From the NCBI GenBank assembly GCA_038087875.1, contig CM075978.1, positions 43,338,001 to 43,402,000 on the forward strand: a stretch of 64,000 nucleotides of DNA, written 5' to 3'. This document shows, piece by piece, positions 37,126-50,759 of this stretch (positions are counted from its first letter, which is position 1; each line of letters begins with the position of its first letter). The position numbers were made by a program, and so were the translations under genes. The notes below the pieces were generated by a model that was given only the letters and a program-made list of their open reading frames with translations, was not told the origin of the DNA and did not search any database. The DNA comes from Malacoraja senta (taxonomy: Eukaryota).

Positions 37126-37854
37126 CAATAGCTCGTATAACTACAGTATTTACGATTATACTTTTTTTTCAATTGGAGATTATGAACCTGTTTTCAACAA
37201 TCTATGGTTAGGTTGCTTCTTAAAACATTCCAGCTTGATTCCACAATGACGTATTGTAGACATTGGGTGTGTCCTCTTTCCTGCTGTCACATTGAAGTCA
37301 TGGTATAATCTCTGTTGACCTTCCATTTCTGGCTCATTGCCAGCTCTCATACTCCGGCAGTGCTCTATTTTACTGCCATTAGTAACTCCATCCCTGCTAT
37401 GTATTCCTCAAAGCATCTGTAGAGCTTTGGAACTATCTTTACATTGCAATGTTGTCCTTTCTTAAAGCATCCTACTCAGTCATGATTCAGTCCATTCAGC
37501 AATTCCATACACAAGTCTTGAACCTGCAGAAGATCCAAAATTTGTGTACACTCTTCTCTCTCAGTATCTTGTGCTGAACTCTGAGTTTCACCTTGTTTAT
37601 GAACTCTTGTTGTGGCATATTTGTTAACTGATCCCCATTCTATTTAAACATTCCTGAACTGCCTTCCATCAAGGTTTATAAATGGCCCCATTGTTCTGAA
37701 AGTCACTACCCAACTGATGCCTTTGACAGGCTATTCTCAATGGATTTGCTACCAATGGTCTGAGAATTCACAAAATCAACACCACCTGTGCTGCTATTTC
37801 TTGCTTTATTGATACAATTGGTCGACCCATAGAAAAATAGGTATGAACTCTGCA

Positions 37855-38420
37855 TTGTCATAGTCGTAGCAGGTCGCCGAAAAACCGGCGACTGGACCCT
37901 CGTTCGACAATGTCTACGACAAGCTACAACAACCTACCACCTAGTCGACGTCAAGCTACGGCAAGCTACCGACAACTGGTGACCCATTAGGACGTTGACC
38001 TACGATCACACCTACGTCAACCTACGTCCACCCACAATAAGCTACGACCCTGTTGGCGACAACTGAAGACAACTGAAGACAATTCAGTCGCTGGTACCTG
38101 TCGCCGGTTGACGTAGGTTGACATAGGCAGTCGCCAATGGAATTCACCGAAGTCAGCACCAGTGACAAACTACGTCACCTGGCGAAAACCTACGTCCTCC
38201 TGGTGAAAACCTACGTCATCCTGGCGACAACCTATGTCATCATGGCGACATCCTACGACAGCACCTACGTCAGGAGAAGTGAAGCTATGCTCATTGGCGT
38301 CAATCCCACTGTCACCGACTGTCGCCAAAATTTTATTAACATGTTGAAAATCCAGCGGCGACCAGGAAGATGCTACGACTCTTTGGGCGACTGAGGAGAC
38401 TACTCACGAACATACAGGCA
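37855..38420. repeat. CpG-rich CTACG/CGAC-repeat element, probably an internal fragment of a non-autonomous DNA transposon
   Basis: Dense ACCTACG(T/A)C motifs and a 21-bp tandem unit at 38170-38260 in an otherwise CpG-poor background; no TIRs found. Confidence 0.45.
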
Positions 38421-39849
38421 ATTGCTTTTCCACTTTACGAAAATCTGTGGCATGATGTCACCCAACTCCCTTTCAAATTTCCTTGTATGATATTTCTGCA
38501 TGTTCTGGCCAAACTATTGTCTTGCCTCTTCCCAGGAACGTATTGCATGTAACTCCTTACTTCCCTTTTCAGTCCAGTTTCATATTCCCTCTTACATGTT
38601 ACAGTCACATTTCATCCCACTACTTTTCAAGCCTGTATTGATTAGCATCTCTGCCCTCATGGAGAGTACTGACTGCACTCTCTTTCTGGACCATACTTTT
38701 TCTCACTGTGCAAGGAACTTGCATGGTACCAATTTTGTTCCATTGGAATACAACCTATGACTCAAATCCACTATCGTTTGCTATCTGATAATACCTTGCT
38801 GCCTTCAAACCACACCGCTCCAGGAGTCTGTTTGAACAAGACCGATGTTCCCCAATGTATGAATAGATTCTAGATTGCGCTGGTACCTAATCCTATGATC
38901 TTTTCAAAAACACAGCTCTTTGATCCTATGCCTGAACCTGACTATTCCCAAGATCATTGGTGGAAGCTCAAAGCCCATAACTTTAATGGACCCAACTGGA
39001 CTCAATTCTATTCCAAGTAATCTATTCCAGGGATTCAACAGTGCTCTTCCCTTAACTCAGAGGATCTCTTTTCCACATATGCCCAACAACATTTTGTTCT
39101 GCCTCAATGGTAAACGATTGAGATATTTCAAATGCATCAACAGGAAGATAGCAGATTGACTTACCCACAGGATCTTTGCACATAATTATAGATACATTCT
39201 CAATCAACAGGTGGCCTTAAATTTAATATTTTAGGCATTTGCCTCCAGTGTGCAGTTGATACCATTAAGCATTCCTGATTCCACTTCCTCATTACCTTCT
39301 ATGCAATGATCCAGTAGAACAGTTTCATAAACTCATGCCATTGTTTTTGAGCCATATGTAAACCCCCATCTTTTCTTCAGGGACTTGCACTTCCCAACGC
39401 AGTGTGTCCTATCCTATGACAATTGGTAAGCAGGGCCATTTCGAATAGGCATTTGTAGATTGACAGCTCCCATAATGTCCTTGCCTAAACCTCTTGGATT
39501 TTGCAACTATGGAATCTACAGTCTCCCTACTTGACCTCATGGGACCTTTTATTTTTCCACCAAATATAATTGGAGAACCATGTGACTTGCCACAAAGGAA
39601 GAGACAGGGTTTCTGTGACCACCTCTATTCAGTGGTTCTGCCTGTACCTCGGAATTGTGCCCAGAAAAACAAAGACTCACATTTTTAAGTGCCATGTTAC
39701 TTGGCTACTTTATACATTTGCTTAGTTGTCCGTCATATTAAACTGTTTTGACTGATTTCACCCATTGACCATTCTGCACACCAATTGATTCTGCCATACT
39801 ATTCTTTGGTCTGAAAATTACACCTTTTTGTCTTTCCTTACCTAATTAA

Positions 39850-40575
39850 ATGACAGGGAAAGAAATGGTAGATTGGGTTTAATCTGAGCAAATGTGAAGT
39901 TGCACTTTGGAATGTCAAATAGAAGGGGGAGAATGCAATTAATGGGAAGACCCTTAACTGTGTTGATGCACAGGGGAATCTTGGGGTTCAAGTCCATAGC
40001 TCCCTGAAAATGGCACCACAAGTAGACAGTGGGACAGAAGGTGTATAGAATACTTGTCTTCATCCACTGAGGTATTGAGCATAATAGTTAGGAAGTCATG
40101 TTACAGCTTTGGAGGACTTTGGTTACATTACATTTGGAGTATTGTGTGTAGTTCTGGTCACCACATTACAGGAAGTTGTGGATGCTTTGGCGAGGTTGCA
40201 GAAGGGGTTTACCAGAATGTTGCCAAGATTAGAAGGTATTAGCTATAAGAAGAGACTGGACAAACTTGATTGTTTTTCCTGGAGAATCAGAGATGGAGGT
40301 GAGACCTGTGTATAAAATTATGTGAGACATAGATATGGCAGACAGTTGGAATCTTTTCTCTCAGGACGGTAATGTCAAAGACTAAAGGACATAGCTGTAA
40401 AATCAGAGGAGACCGTTTAAAGGAGATATGTGAGGCAAGTTTTTGCACAGAGTGGGTGGAGTCTGAAACGTGCTGCCAGGGCACTGCCAGAGCAGATAGG
40501 ATAGTGGTGCTTAAAAGGCTTTTAATCGGTAGATGGATATGCAGGGAATGGTGGCAAATGGATCATGTGCAGATG
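39850..40575 (+). mobile_element. Decayed CR1 LINE 3' fragment
   Basis: FTRMLP and GHS.KIRG remnants; similar to the other CR1 copies. Confidence 0.7.
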
Positions 40576-40596
40576 CAAAATAACATATAGATAAAT

Positions 40597-40878
40597 GTTT
40601 AGTTTGGAGATACAGCGTGGAAACAGGCCCTTCTTCAGCCCTCCGTGTCCGCGCCAACCAGGGGTCCCCACACAATAACACTAGGGACAATTTACATCTA
40701 TACCAAGCTAATTAACCAACAAATCTGTACGTCTTTGGAGTGTGGGAGGAAACCGCAACTTCCCGAAGAAAACCGATGCAGGGAGAACGTAAAAATTCCA
40801 TAATTCCATAATCGGAATTGAACCCGCGTCTCTGGCGTTGTAAGGCAGCAACTCTACCGCAGCGCCACCGTGTTACCC
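40597..40878 (-). mobile_element. tRNA-derived SINE (HE1/V-SINE-like)
   Basis: A-box-like GGTGGCGCTGCGG and B-box GGTTCAATTCC; central TTCCTCCCACACTCCAAAGAC domain; CR1-like tail GGGCCTGTTTCC. Confidence 0.8.
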
Positions 40879-42389
40879 CTAACCTGACATTGTATTTGGC
40901 AGAGAAAGTGATTTGAAGTACCTGTTCCTATGGTGTAATGTTCTAAATGATTCTGGTTCTTGGATACAATTGACAAATGTGTTTCTCAAAAGTCTCCAGC
41001 ACCTAATTAAAATGTTTCATTGTGTTTCACTATTTTTTCATAGGAGGACTCTTTTTTTTCTTGGCACCACTCGACCAGGAATAATATCACCTTTTCTCTT
41101 CTAATGTTAAGTTTTGTATTCTATAATGCGTCCTAACCAAGTAGGTCAATAATACTAAGATGCAAGAAACTGCAAATGCTGGCATCTTGAGCATTGCCAA
41201 TGTGATGTCTATTGCTTCCTTTTTATTGCAACTTCTATAAGGAAATAAACAGGTTGCACTATCAACTGAACATGTTTTATTCAACGCTATAACTTTTAAC
41301 TAAACAGCAATGTGTGGTACAAGGATCATAGTCTTATCTCCTAGCGCCTTGTATACTGAGACGCTACAGTTTTGAATGTGAATTTTCAACAACAAAAAAT
41401 TCTTGGTGATTTGCAGTGTAATGCTGCTTATTTTAATGTTTCATTCAGGAATATATTTATTTTTAATTTCCTAAATTGAAATAAAGATAAAGAAGAAAAT
41501 TAGGATTATTTTCTGTCCTAAAACATAAGCTAATAGTTGAGACCATAACATATTTAGATCTCTCAAGTTACTGTTAATGTAACCCTCTGACCAGCAATGT
41601 ATCATTATCTCACTGCACCTGTTTTTAATAGCCCAAGTCATTTGTCAGTGTAAGGAATGTTTACAGTAAATGAATAGTTGGTGGCTAATTTCTTTACTCA
41701 CTCTTTGGATGATCACTCTAGATACTTAAAGCAGCATGGGATTTTTAAAAAAGTATTTCCATAATTATTTGAAAAAAGAATAGCATTTTTTTAATATGCC
41801 ACGTGAATGATAAATGGAGTATCTATTTAAGTTGCCAGAAGTATGTTTCTGGCTTGCGTTTTGGATCTTGCTCAATATGTTAAGGCAAGTAAGTGGATGA
41901 AGCAAACCCTTAGCTCTAAACATAGCCTGTGCTGAGAATCATCTACTGATGGTGTTCATGTTTCAGTAAAAAAAAGTGCAACCTATTGGCAAGATCACTT
42001 TACAACAAAATTTATAGCATCCAGAATTTCAACTTACTGGAATTAGGATCTGTTATTTAATAACAAATGTAAGAATATATACTTACAGAACTGTGGTGCT
42101 CTTCACAAGGGCTTGGGTAGCTATGGTAGACCTATTGGCTTGATGTACACTACCTAGGTAAGTAGAGTGGCACAGTGGGACTGTAAGTAATGCAGCTGCC
42201 TCAGTACAACAAATTTGTAATTTGGATAGGTATTTCAGGTAAAATATTCCTTTTCATGTTTGACTGGAAGAGGGGGCTCCAGTGACTGTGACTTAGCAGT
42301 TGATGTATTTAGAAATGATTGCAATTAATCCTGTTGAAGGTGCAATGCCCCAACCTCTATGAATAATGGCAATATCAACACATTACACT

Positions 42390-42800
42390 GAGTGAGGCAG
42401 AGTCAATAGAGTTTTATGAAATATAAATTATATTTAACAAATTTTATTGGAGACACTGCAGCGTAGGTATGGAAAACCCTGTGGATGTAGTACTGTACAT
42501 TTGGATGTTAAGGAGGCATACAGTCAGTTAACACATGGGTTATTATAAGAGGCTAGTACTACATTAACATGGATTGAGGATTGGTTAACAGAGGGAAAGC
42601 GAAAAGCAAGCAAAAAACATAGTTTAAGATAGATGGGTAGTATCATTTGAGGGCTGCAAGGATTAGTGCTTGGGCCTCGGCTATTTATAATCTGCAGCCT
42701 TAAATGAGAGAACCATGTGTCATATATCCAGCTTTGATGACAGTACAAAGCTAGGTGAGTAAGAAAGATGTTGCAAAGGCATATAAATTAGTGAACTAAT
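42390..42800 (+). mobile_element. Highly decayed CR1 RT fragment
   Basis: Nucleotide similarity to 56200-56440. Confidence 0.5.
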
Positions 42801-43723
42801 TGACTAAGAATATAGCAGGTTAGCCAATCGGATTTAAAAAAACAAGTTGCTGGAGGAACTCAGTGGGTCAGGAGGTATCTGTGGAATGAAATGGACAGAT
42901 GATGTTTTGGATCAGGACCCTTCTTCAAACCAAGTCCGAATCTGAAACAACGCCTGTTTATTTCCCTCCACATATGCTGCCTGACCCAGAGTTCCTTCAG
43001 CACTTTGTTTTTCTGCTCAAGATTCCAGCTCTACAGTTTCTTGTATCTCAAGTTGGATTCAAATGTGTTTTTGACAGACAGAGAGACAATTTTGCACTCT
43101 CAGGTAGATTCCAGTGCCGTATCACCTTTGGCAAAACACATGCAGTTCTGAAACAAAATTCACCAGTTCTATCGTGAATGTTGACATGATCCTTAGCCTT
43201 TATTTTATTCAGTGGATTCAGCCATTGTTTGAAATTGCCTACACACCAGCATCTTCCACTTGGTGCTTCTGGCTCAAGATGGTTGTAAATATTTCAGTCT
43301 TAATATTTTCATTTCTGTGCTGGGCATTACCAAACTTGAAGATATGGATCTTCATTGAATCTTTACTAATTATCAACTGTTTAATTGTCTGCCAAATTTC
43401 TTAACTGCATGAATGCCAAGCTTTGGTGGTCACCTCAGTGCTTACTTCAGTTTATGATATGACGTATCAACTGAGAATTCTTTAACCAGCTGCAGCATTA
43501 CATTCTCTTGCTCAAATGTTTGATCTTTATAGTCAACTAGTGTGCTGATCGTAACCCAGCCTGAATGAGTAAATTGACACGGAGAAATTCTGATGTAAAT
43601 AGACATGCCCTTCATGTTTGTGGGTTTCTTCAGTGTGACATCTGTAATATGCACAAACAGATTTAAACAAAGTAACCATTATTGGACAATGATTGCAAGA
43701 TCATAATTAGTTTTTATATATTT

Positions 43724-45019
43724 TATATCAGGAAACTTTTTGACATGACTGGTGACCTCGACCTGTGCCAAGTCATCAAAAGCCTTCTAAACAACAGGCG
43801 CTTCTTCGTCCAACTAAACGACAAGAAGAGCAATGGAAAGCCCAAAAGAATGGCCTTCCACAAGGCAGCGTACTGGCCCCCCTCCTCTTCAACATCTACA
43901 CCAATGACCAACCACTTCCCCCACAATTCCGCCGCTTCATCTATGCTGATGACCTCTGCATCACCACCCAACAGGAGAACTTCCAGAAGATTGAGCCTGT
44001 CCTGGAAAGCGCCCTCCAAGAGATGACAACCTACTACAATAACACCTACCTGAAACCCAACCCATCAAAAACCCAACGATGCAGCTTCCATCTTAAAAAT
44101 CGAGATGCAGGAAAACAACTGAGCGTCTCATGGGATGGCCACAAACTCTCCAACCACTTCCACCCCGTGTACCTTGTGTACCTCGGAGTCACACTCGACA
44201 GGACACTCTCTTTCAAAACCCACCTTCAGAACACCAAAGCCAAGGTAAACACTCGCAACAACATCCTGCGCAAACTGGTAAACTCAAAATGGGGCGCTGA
44301 TCCACCAACCATCCGTGCAACTGCCCTAGCCCTGTGCTTCTCCACAGCTGAATACGCGTGCTCAAGCTGGAGCCGCTCCCACCACACCAAACTGGTTGAC
44401 ACAGCCCTCAATGACACATGCCGCATTATCACGGGATGCATAAAGACAACGCCAGTCCCGTGCCTCTACACCCTAGCTGGTATTGCCCCCCCCCCCCCCC
44501 ATATCAGACGATCCATCGTCGCCCAAGACGAGCGGAGAGCACAGGAGATCGATACCAGGCACCCCCTGTACGGACACACAGCACCTCCACCCCGACTGAA
44601 ATCCAGAGCCAGTTTCCTGCAGACAGTCCCACCTCTCCAGACAACCAAAGAAACAGCAAGGACCAACATCTGGAAAGATGAATGGAACCAGCTCAACACA
44701 CGAGCCCACGACTGGATGGAGAGAGGAATCACTCCGACTGAATGCCTCGCCAGCGGGCACGACCTCCCATGGCCAACCTGGAAGACCCTTAACAGATTAC
44801 AAGTGGAGCAGGGGAGGTGTAAAGCACTTATGAAAGCATGGAACTACCAGGCAGAAGACACATGCAGCTGTGGAGCAGTACAGACAATGTCCCACCTACT
44901 GGAGTGTGACGACGCCCCCCAGTGCAGCCCCCAGGACCTGGCTGAACCGACTCGACCAGCTGTCACCTGCGCCAGATACTGGCAGAACGACATCTGAGAT
45001 TGCAATGGACTCGAAGAAG
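43724..45019 (+). mobile_element. Vingi-clade (Ingi-related) LINE, 5'-truncated, nearly intact RT and C-terminus
   Basis: PQGSVLAP, FIYADD, YLGVTLD, KWGA..IRATALAL..STAEYA and terminal CSCG...SHLLEC zinc knuckle; 3' end GGACTCGAAGAAG; 8-bp TSD ATATATTT at 43716-43723 and 45020-45027. Confidence 0.85.
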
Positions 45020-46169
45020 ATATATTTGTTGAAGTGGGCGCATGTGCGGGGCTTTTCCTGAGTGTGCGCATGTGCGGGGTATTCCGGGGTGGGAAAGGCC
45101 TGCGGAATCAGTCATGTTTGCCAGACGTTTCTGAGTTTATGTATTACAGAAATGATTTGCTTAAAGCTTAAATAAAGTTAAGTAAATTATGAGTAGTATA
45201 AAAGTTTCATTAGCCTCACAACATTTGTTATTTGTATATATAACATATTTGTTATAAACTCAGTTTAAGCTGAGATATTCGTCATTCTCTGATTTGAGTA
45301 TATTTGAAATACTGTGTTCATTTTAATTGCCAAACTGCAAACTAAATATACAGATAGAGTCAAGAATGTAGAGAAGAACAAGTATGATGTCGAGTATAAA
45401 GAGAAGCTAAAGTTCTGGAAATAAATCATTGAAGAATATAAACTATCGAATAGTACATGTAAAGTACATCCAGATTATTTTGAAAGGAATATTTGTTCAG
45501 AGATATGGTTGTAAGATGGACTGGCCAATATGAAGACAGTATGAGCTCCTTGTAGTGGTGTCACTCCAATATTCCTGCTGCCCTTAACCTTCTAGGTAGC
45601 AGAGAGCAGATCATGGGTTTGAAACCCTGGCATGTTGTTGCAATAGATCCTGGAGATTGTATGGACTGAAGTCATGGTGCACAGGTATGGTGGGAAAAGG
45701 TTGTTGAAATGCCAGAAAAGGTTGGCTGCTGTCTCACGGATAATGTCCAGCTTCTTGAGTTTTCTGGGAGATATACACATCTATATATTTCACACTCTGT
45801 TGATGTCATCCACCTGAATGAGCCCATCTATGTCATTTGTCAAAGAAATGTGGAAAGTTTCATCATATTTGTAATTCTTGCTGTGTGGTTGTTGGTAAGT
45901 CCTAAAGTGAGCCACTTAGCACAACATATATAATCCTTGATCTGTCGCGGTGACAGGATGAGAGATAAGCTCTAAATTGTTCTTAAATAGAAATCTTATG
46001 CTAATGATGGTCAAAAGAACTTCATAGATGACCTCTTTTCACCATTAAGAGCTGTTGAAAGCCTGTTGCACATGGCCCTATGACATGTATTTGATGCAGT
46101 CTTCTTAGTGTGAAGAATGAACTTGATTCCACAAAGACTTTGCAGTGTAATACTCTACTAATACTAGTC

Positions 46170-47660
46170 CCCAAAGTCATACAGCACGGAAACAGGCCCT
46201 TCAGCCCAACCAGTCAATGCCAATCCAGATACCACAACCCAGCTCGTCTTATTCGCCCATGTTTGACCCATATCCCTCCACACCTTTCCTATCCATGTAT
46301 TTGTCCAAATGTTTTTTAAATGTTGTTATTGTACCTCCTTCAACTACTTTGTGAAAAAAATCGCACTCTGGTTCCTTTTAAATCTTAGCTCCCTGACCTT
46401 AAACCTCTAGTTCTTAATTTCCCCTACCCTGGGAAAAAGACTATATTCATTCTATCCATTCCCCTCATGATTTTATACAACTCTACGTGATCATCTTTCA
46501 GCCTCTTGTGCTCCAAGAAATAAAGTCCTCACATGCCCAACCTCTTCCTACAGCTCAGGCCCTCGACCTTGTAAATCTTCTCTGCACTATTTCCAGTTTA
46601 ATGGCATCTTTGCTATAGCAGGGTAGCCAAAACTGAACACAATACTCTGTGCGGCCTCACCAGTATCTTGTATAACTGTGACATTCTATATTCGATTCCC
46701 TGACTGATAAAGGCCAACATGCCTTAAGCATTCTTCTCCATCCTGTTATGTCGTTGCAGGTCCAGTTACCTATGCCCATATAGATAATGTCGATGGCCTT
46801 GCCCTCATCAACCTTTACTTCTTCAAAAACTCAATCATGAGACACAATCTCCCACATTCAAAACCACGTTGACCATCCTGTATCAAACCCTACCTATCCA
46901 AATGCGTGAATATCTTATCCCTCAGAAAATTCTCCAGTAACTTTCCTACCACAGACGTGAGGCTTGCTGGTCTATAGTTCCAAAGTTGTTTTTTTTAAAC
47001 CCTTGTACAGAGGCACAACATAAGCCTCCAACACCTCACCTGTGACTACCAATGATTCATATATCTTAGCCAAGATTCTTGCAATTTCTTCTCTTGCTTT
47101 CCACCGCTCGTGTACTTTGAAATATATCATCTCATCCAGGAGATTTATCTACCTTCATACGACTCAGGATGTCCACTTCCTCCATAATTATAATAAGGAT
47201 GGTTTCAAGACATCTCCATTAACTGTTCCAAGTTCTCTAGTCTTCATGTTTTACTCTGTGGTAAAGTTAGAGGAGAAATACTCATTAAGCAACTTGGCCA
47301 TTTTCTGCAGCACCATACATAGATGAGAACTTTGATTTCTGAGGAGACCTATTTTCTATCTAGTTACCTCTTTTCCCTAAATTTACATAAAATCTCTGGA
47401 TTCTCCTTAATCTTGCCTGCCAGAGCTATCTTGTCCCGTTTTGCCTTCCTGATTTTTCTTCTTAAATTTCCTCCACAATCCTCTGTACACGCAAACCCAT
47501 CTGCCTATGCCTGGCCCATTAGTCTTTCATTTTCCTGACAAGAGCCTCAATTTCTCTTGTCATCCAGAGTTCCTTTTACTCATACCAGTCTTTTCATTCA
47601 CTCTAACCTTGAATTTTCACACTTTTAGAAGCATTCCACTTTCTGGATGTCCCTTTGCCT
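46170..47660 (-). mobile_element. Decayed CR1 LINE
   Basis: 3' tail (CAGCACGGAAACAGGCCCTTC) and RT-region similarity to 1-1190. Confidence 0.7.
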
Positions 47661-47883
47661 GCAAATAACATTGCCTGCAGTCAACATTGAATATTCTTAT
47701 TCATATACTGCTCTCTGATTGTATTCCTTTTGTGGATCTGTGCACCATGTGCAACTGAATGAAGTGGTTAAAGTATCTCGTACACTGCTGGTTGTTGTTT
47801 TCTTGTCAGTAGTTCGAGCACTTGTCAATCAGAATTTTGGAAAATGTAAAAATGTTCTCAACAGCTCATTTTGTTTTATGTAG

Positions 47884-48003
47884 GATGACGAAGTTGTACT
47901 TCAGTCCGTTACCACCATCAAGAAAGAACAACGTAAATTTTGCTTGTCAACTGAAGGATTTGGCAGTCGTTTGTGTTTTCTCGAGCCTACTTCAGAAGCT
48001 AAG
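47884..48003 (+). CDS. RYR3: Ryanodine receptor (RYR3-like) coding exon 2, N-terminal domain
   Basis: TAG acceptor at 47881-47883, 120-nt phase-0 exon [40 protein letters not shown], donor GTATTT at 48004. KEQRKFCL...EPTSEAK matches vertebrate RYR3 rather than RYR1/RYR2 as I recall them. Confidence 0.93.
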
Positions 48004-48800
48004 GTATTTGGATTTTGAATTCAGATTTCATCATATAATTTGTAGAATATTCATTCTCAGTGATGACATGGGCTTAAAATATGAAAACAAAATGTCAAAT
48101 ATTTTCTAATTAATTTGCATACTATCAGCGATTTAAACAAATGGAAATCAATTAATTAATTGTAAAAATAAAATGCCATTTAAGTCTTGAAGTTTAGATA
48201 TTTTCTCTTTGTTTTGCTGTTCTATCCTGTTTTGCTAAATGAGAAGCATTTGAACAATTTATTCTTCATCAATTGCTGTTGCATAGTGAACGAATTAAAC
48301 AGTGCTAAATGAAAATCAGCAGGGTAGATGAATTGTTTTCTTTAAATAATTTGGCATGTCCATTTTTAAAAAATGTTTGCTTTTCTATTATCTTGCTTTG
48401 CAAATTATTTGTGACCTTATTTTCCTCATATTTACCATTATCTGATGATGGAGACATTGCACGGCTTAGTGAATTGCAAAGAGACAAAAAGCTTTCCGCC
48501 TATTTGGGCTCCTTTCCCTCAAAACTCTACCCCCCTCCTCCTCCCAGCCAAACCACTTATCACTTTGTGTTCAGTTTTCAAACTGCTCATATAGTTTAGG
48601 TAAGCGTGAACCCTAGGTTGTTACAACATTCAGATGAGTGCTGGTGTGTACACACTATAATATCTGCTGAGCAATATTTAAAAAAAAAAAGCTATGGATA
48701 TTATGCCATCTGTTATAATCAATCCTTACCTCCCATGTGTCAGTCAGTTGTGTGTGGTGGTGCCTGACACTGCAACAACAGCATGGGCTTGCTGTGGGCA

Positions 48801-49090
48801 GGGTGGCACTGTGGCGCTGCGGTAGAGTTGCTGCCTTACAGTGTCTGCAGCGCCAGAGACCCAGGTTCAATCCCGACTACAGGTTCTGTCTGTATGGAGT
48901 TTCTACGTTCTCCCCATGGGTTTTCTTCGAGATCTTCGGTTTCCTTCCACACTCCAAAGACGTACAGGTTTGTAGGTTAATTGGCTTGGTATAAGTGTAA
49001 CTTGTCCCTACTGCGTGGAGGATAGTATTAATGTGCGGGGATCACTGGTGAGTGTGGACTCCATGGGACATAGGGTCTGTTTCTCTAAAA
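48801..49090 (+). mobile_element. tRNA-derived SINE (HE1/V-SINE-like)
   Basis: Same family as 40597-40878; B-box GGTTCAATCCC. Confidence 0.8.
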
Positions 49091-49458
49091 ACGTGTTTGT
49101 TCAGTAACAACTGGACATGTTCAGGACATGTTCTGCCTGTGTTACTATTGTTTAAAGAAAATTTGAATTCTGAGGGCTGTTTCTGATCTAATCATAATTT
49201 TTTGGGTAACCATAAAGGAAGGCAAGATTATTGGAAAATTACATAAAATTAAACCTTAATGGAAGGATCATTAAAGCAGGTTGGGAGAAAAAAAAGTACT
49301 TTTACATAGTTCAGGATTATCGTTCTAATTCCTGTGATTCTTTTCACAACAGCACTGTGGGATTGTTTTCACCAGAACGAATGCAAACAGTAGGCAGTAG
49401 ACAATAGACAATAGGTGCAGGAGTAGGCCATTCGGCCCTTCGAGCCAGCACCACCATT

Positions 49459-50759
49459 CAGGGCCGGCCTTAGGAGATGCGGGGCCCAATTGGGAACAAT
49501 TTTTGTGAGCCCCAGGTTCCCAGCCAAGGTCTGTACAATCATAGAAATACAAATAAAGTCTATTATATACTTCATATCTCTATGGTAGAATGGAAAGTAA
49601 TCAAAATGTGTGCTTAAAAAGTGCCTGCGAATTAATGGACCAAACAGATCTAAGCTACATTTTAATATAAAATTGCATACATGTAAGCCTACAAGTAACA
49701 AACAAAATGTGTAGATCACCTCTGAAAAGTACATAGTTACAATACCACTTGTTTTACTGACTGTTAAATGGAAAAAAAGTGATTTAATTAACTAGATCCT
49801 GGCAAAGAANNNNNNNNNNNNNNNNNNNNNNNNNNNNNNNNNNNNNNNNNNNNNNNNNNNNNNNNNNNNNNNNNNNNNNNNNNNNNNNNNNNNNNNNNNN
49901 NNNNNNNNNNNNNNNNNNNNNNNNNNNNNNNNNNNNNNNNNNNNNNNNNNNNNNNNNNNNNNNNNNNNNNNNNNNNNNNNNNNNNNNNNNNNNNNNNNNN
50001 NNNNNNNNNNNNNNNNNNNNNNNNNNNNNNNNNNNNNNNNNNNNNNNNNNNNNNNNNNNNNNNNNNNNNNNNNNNNNNNNNNNNNNNNNNNNNNNNNNNN
50101 NNNNNNNNNNNNNNNNNNNNNNNNNNNNNNNNNNNNNNNNNNNNNNNNNNNNNNNNNNNNNNNNNNNNNNNNNNNNNNNNNNNNNNNNNNNNNNNNNNNN
50201 NNNNNNNNNNNNNNNNNNNNNNNNNNNNNNNNNNNNNNNNNNNNNNNNNNNNNNNNNNNNNNNNNNNNNNNNNNNNNNNNNNNNNNNNNNNNNNNNGGAG
50301 GGAGAGGGCCGGCGGCGGGAGCGGATGCCGGGATCCGGGCGAACGCATGTGAGCTGAGGCCGAGGTTTGTAACCGTTGCTCCAAACCCCGGCCCGGCCCT
50401 CCCTGTATTGTTCACCGCGTCTCCCCGGGGAGAGAGAGGGGTGTAGCCGGGGCTGTGTGCGTGAACCACGGTGACTGGAGGGGCGGGAGCGCTGCCCTGG
50501 GACCATGAGGGACCTCCCCCTCTCCCTCTTCTCCATTCCCCCTCACACCCCCCTCCCCATCTCCCCTTTCTTCCCCCTCCACCCCTCTACTCTCTCCACC
50601 CCTTTCTCCCCCCTCCACCCGGGGTAGATCTACCCGAGCCGAGAGTAGATTACTCCAAAGATCCTAGAGCGGAGCTTTGGATTACTCTAGCGCGGGGCCC
50701 CCCTTAGGCGTGGGGCCCAATTTGGAGCAATCGGTCCAATCGGCTTAAGGCCGGCCCTG
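49459..50759. mobile_element. hAT-type MITE nested in a CR1 3' tail (spans an assembly gap)
   Basis: Perfect 14-bp TIR CAGGGCCGGCCTTA / TAAGGCCGGCCCTG; 8-bp TSD CCACCATT at 49451-49458 and 50760-50767. Confidence 0.92.
49810..50296. other. Assembly gap (487 N) inside the MITE
   Basis: Run of N. Confidence 1.

Noticed and set aside
1-47883. RYR exon 1 or promoter CpG island
   Set aside because: No EIQFLRT-coding sequence found by eye; all CpG-rich patches belong to transposons. Exon 1 is probably upstream or in a gap.
48801-48880. tRNA gene
   Set aside because: The tRNA-like head continues into a SINE body and is present three times in the window.
49784-50536. ORFs of 198-250 aa (also 36015-36431)
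   Set aside because: They read through N gaps.
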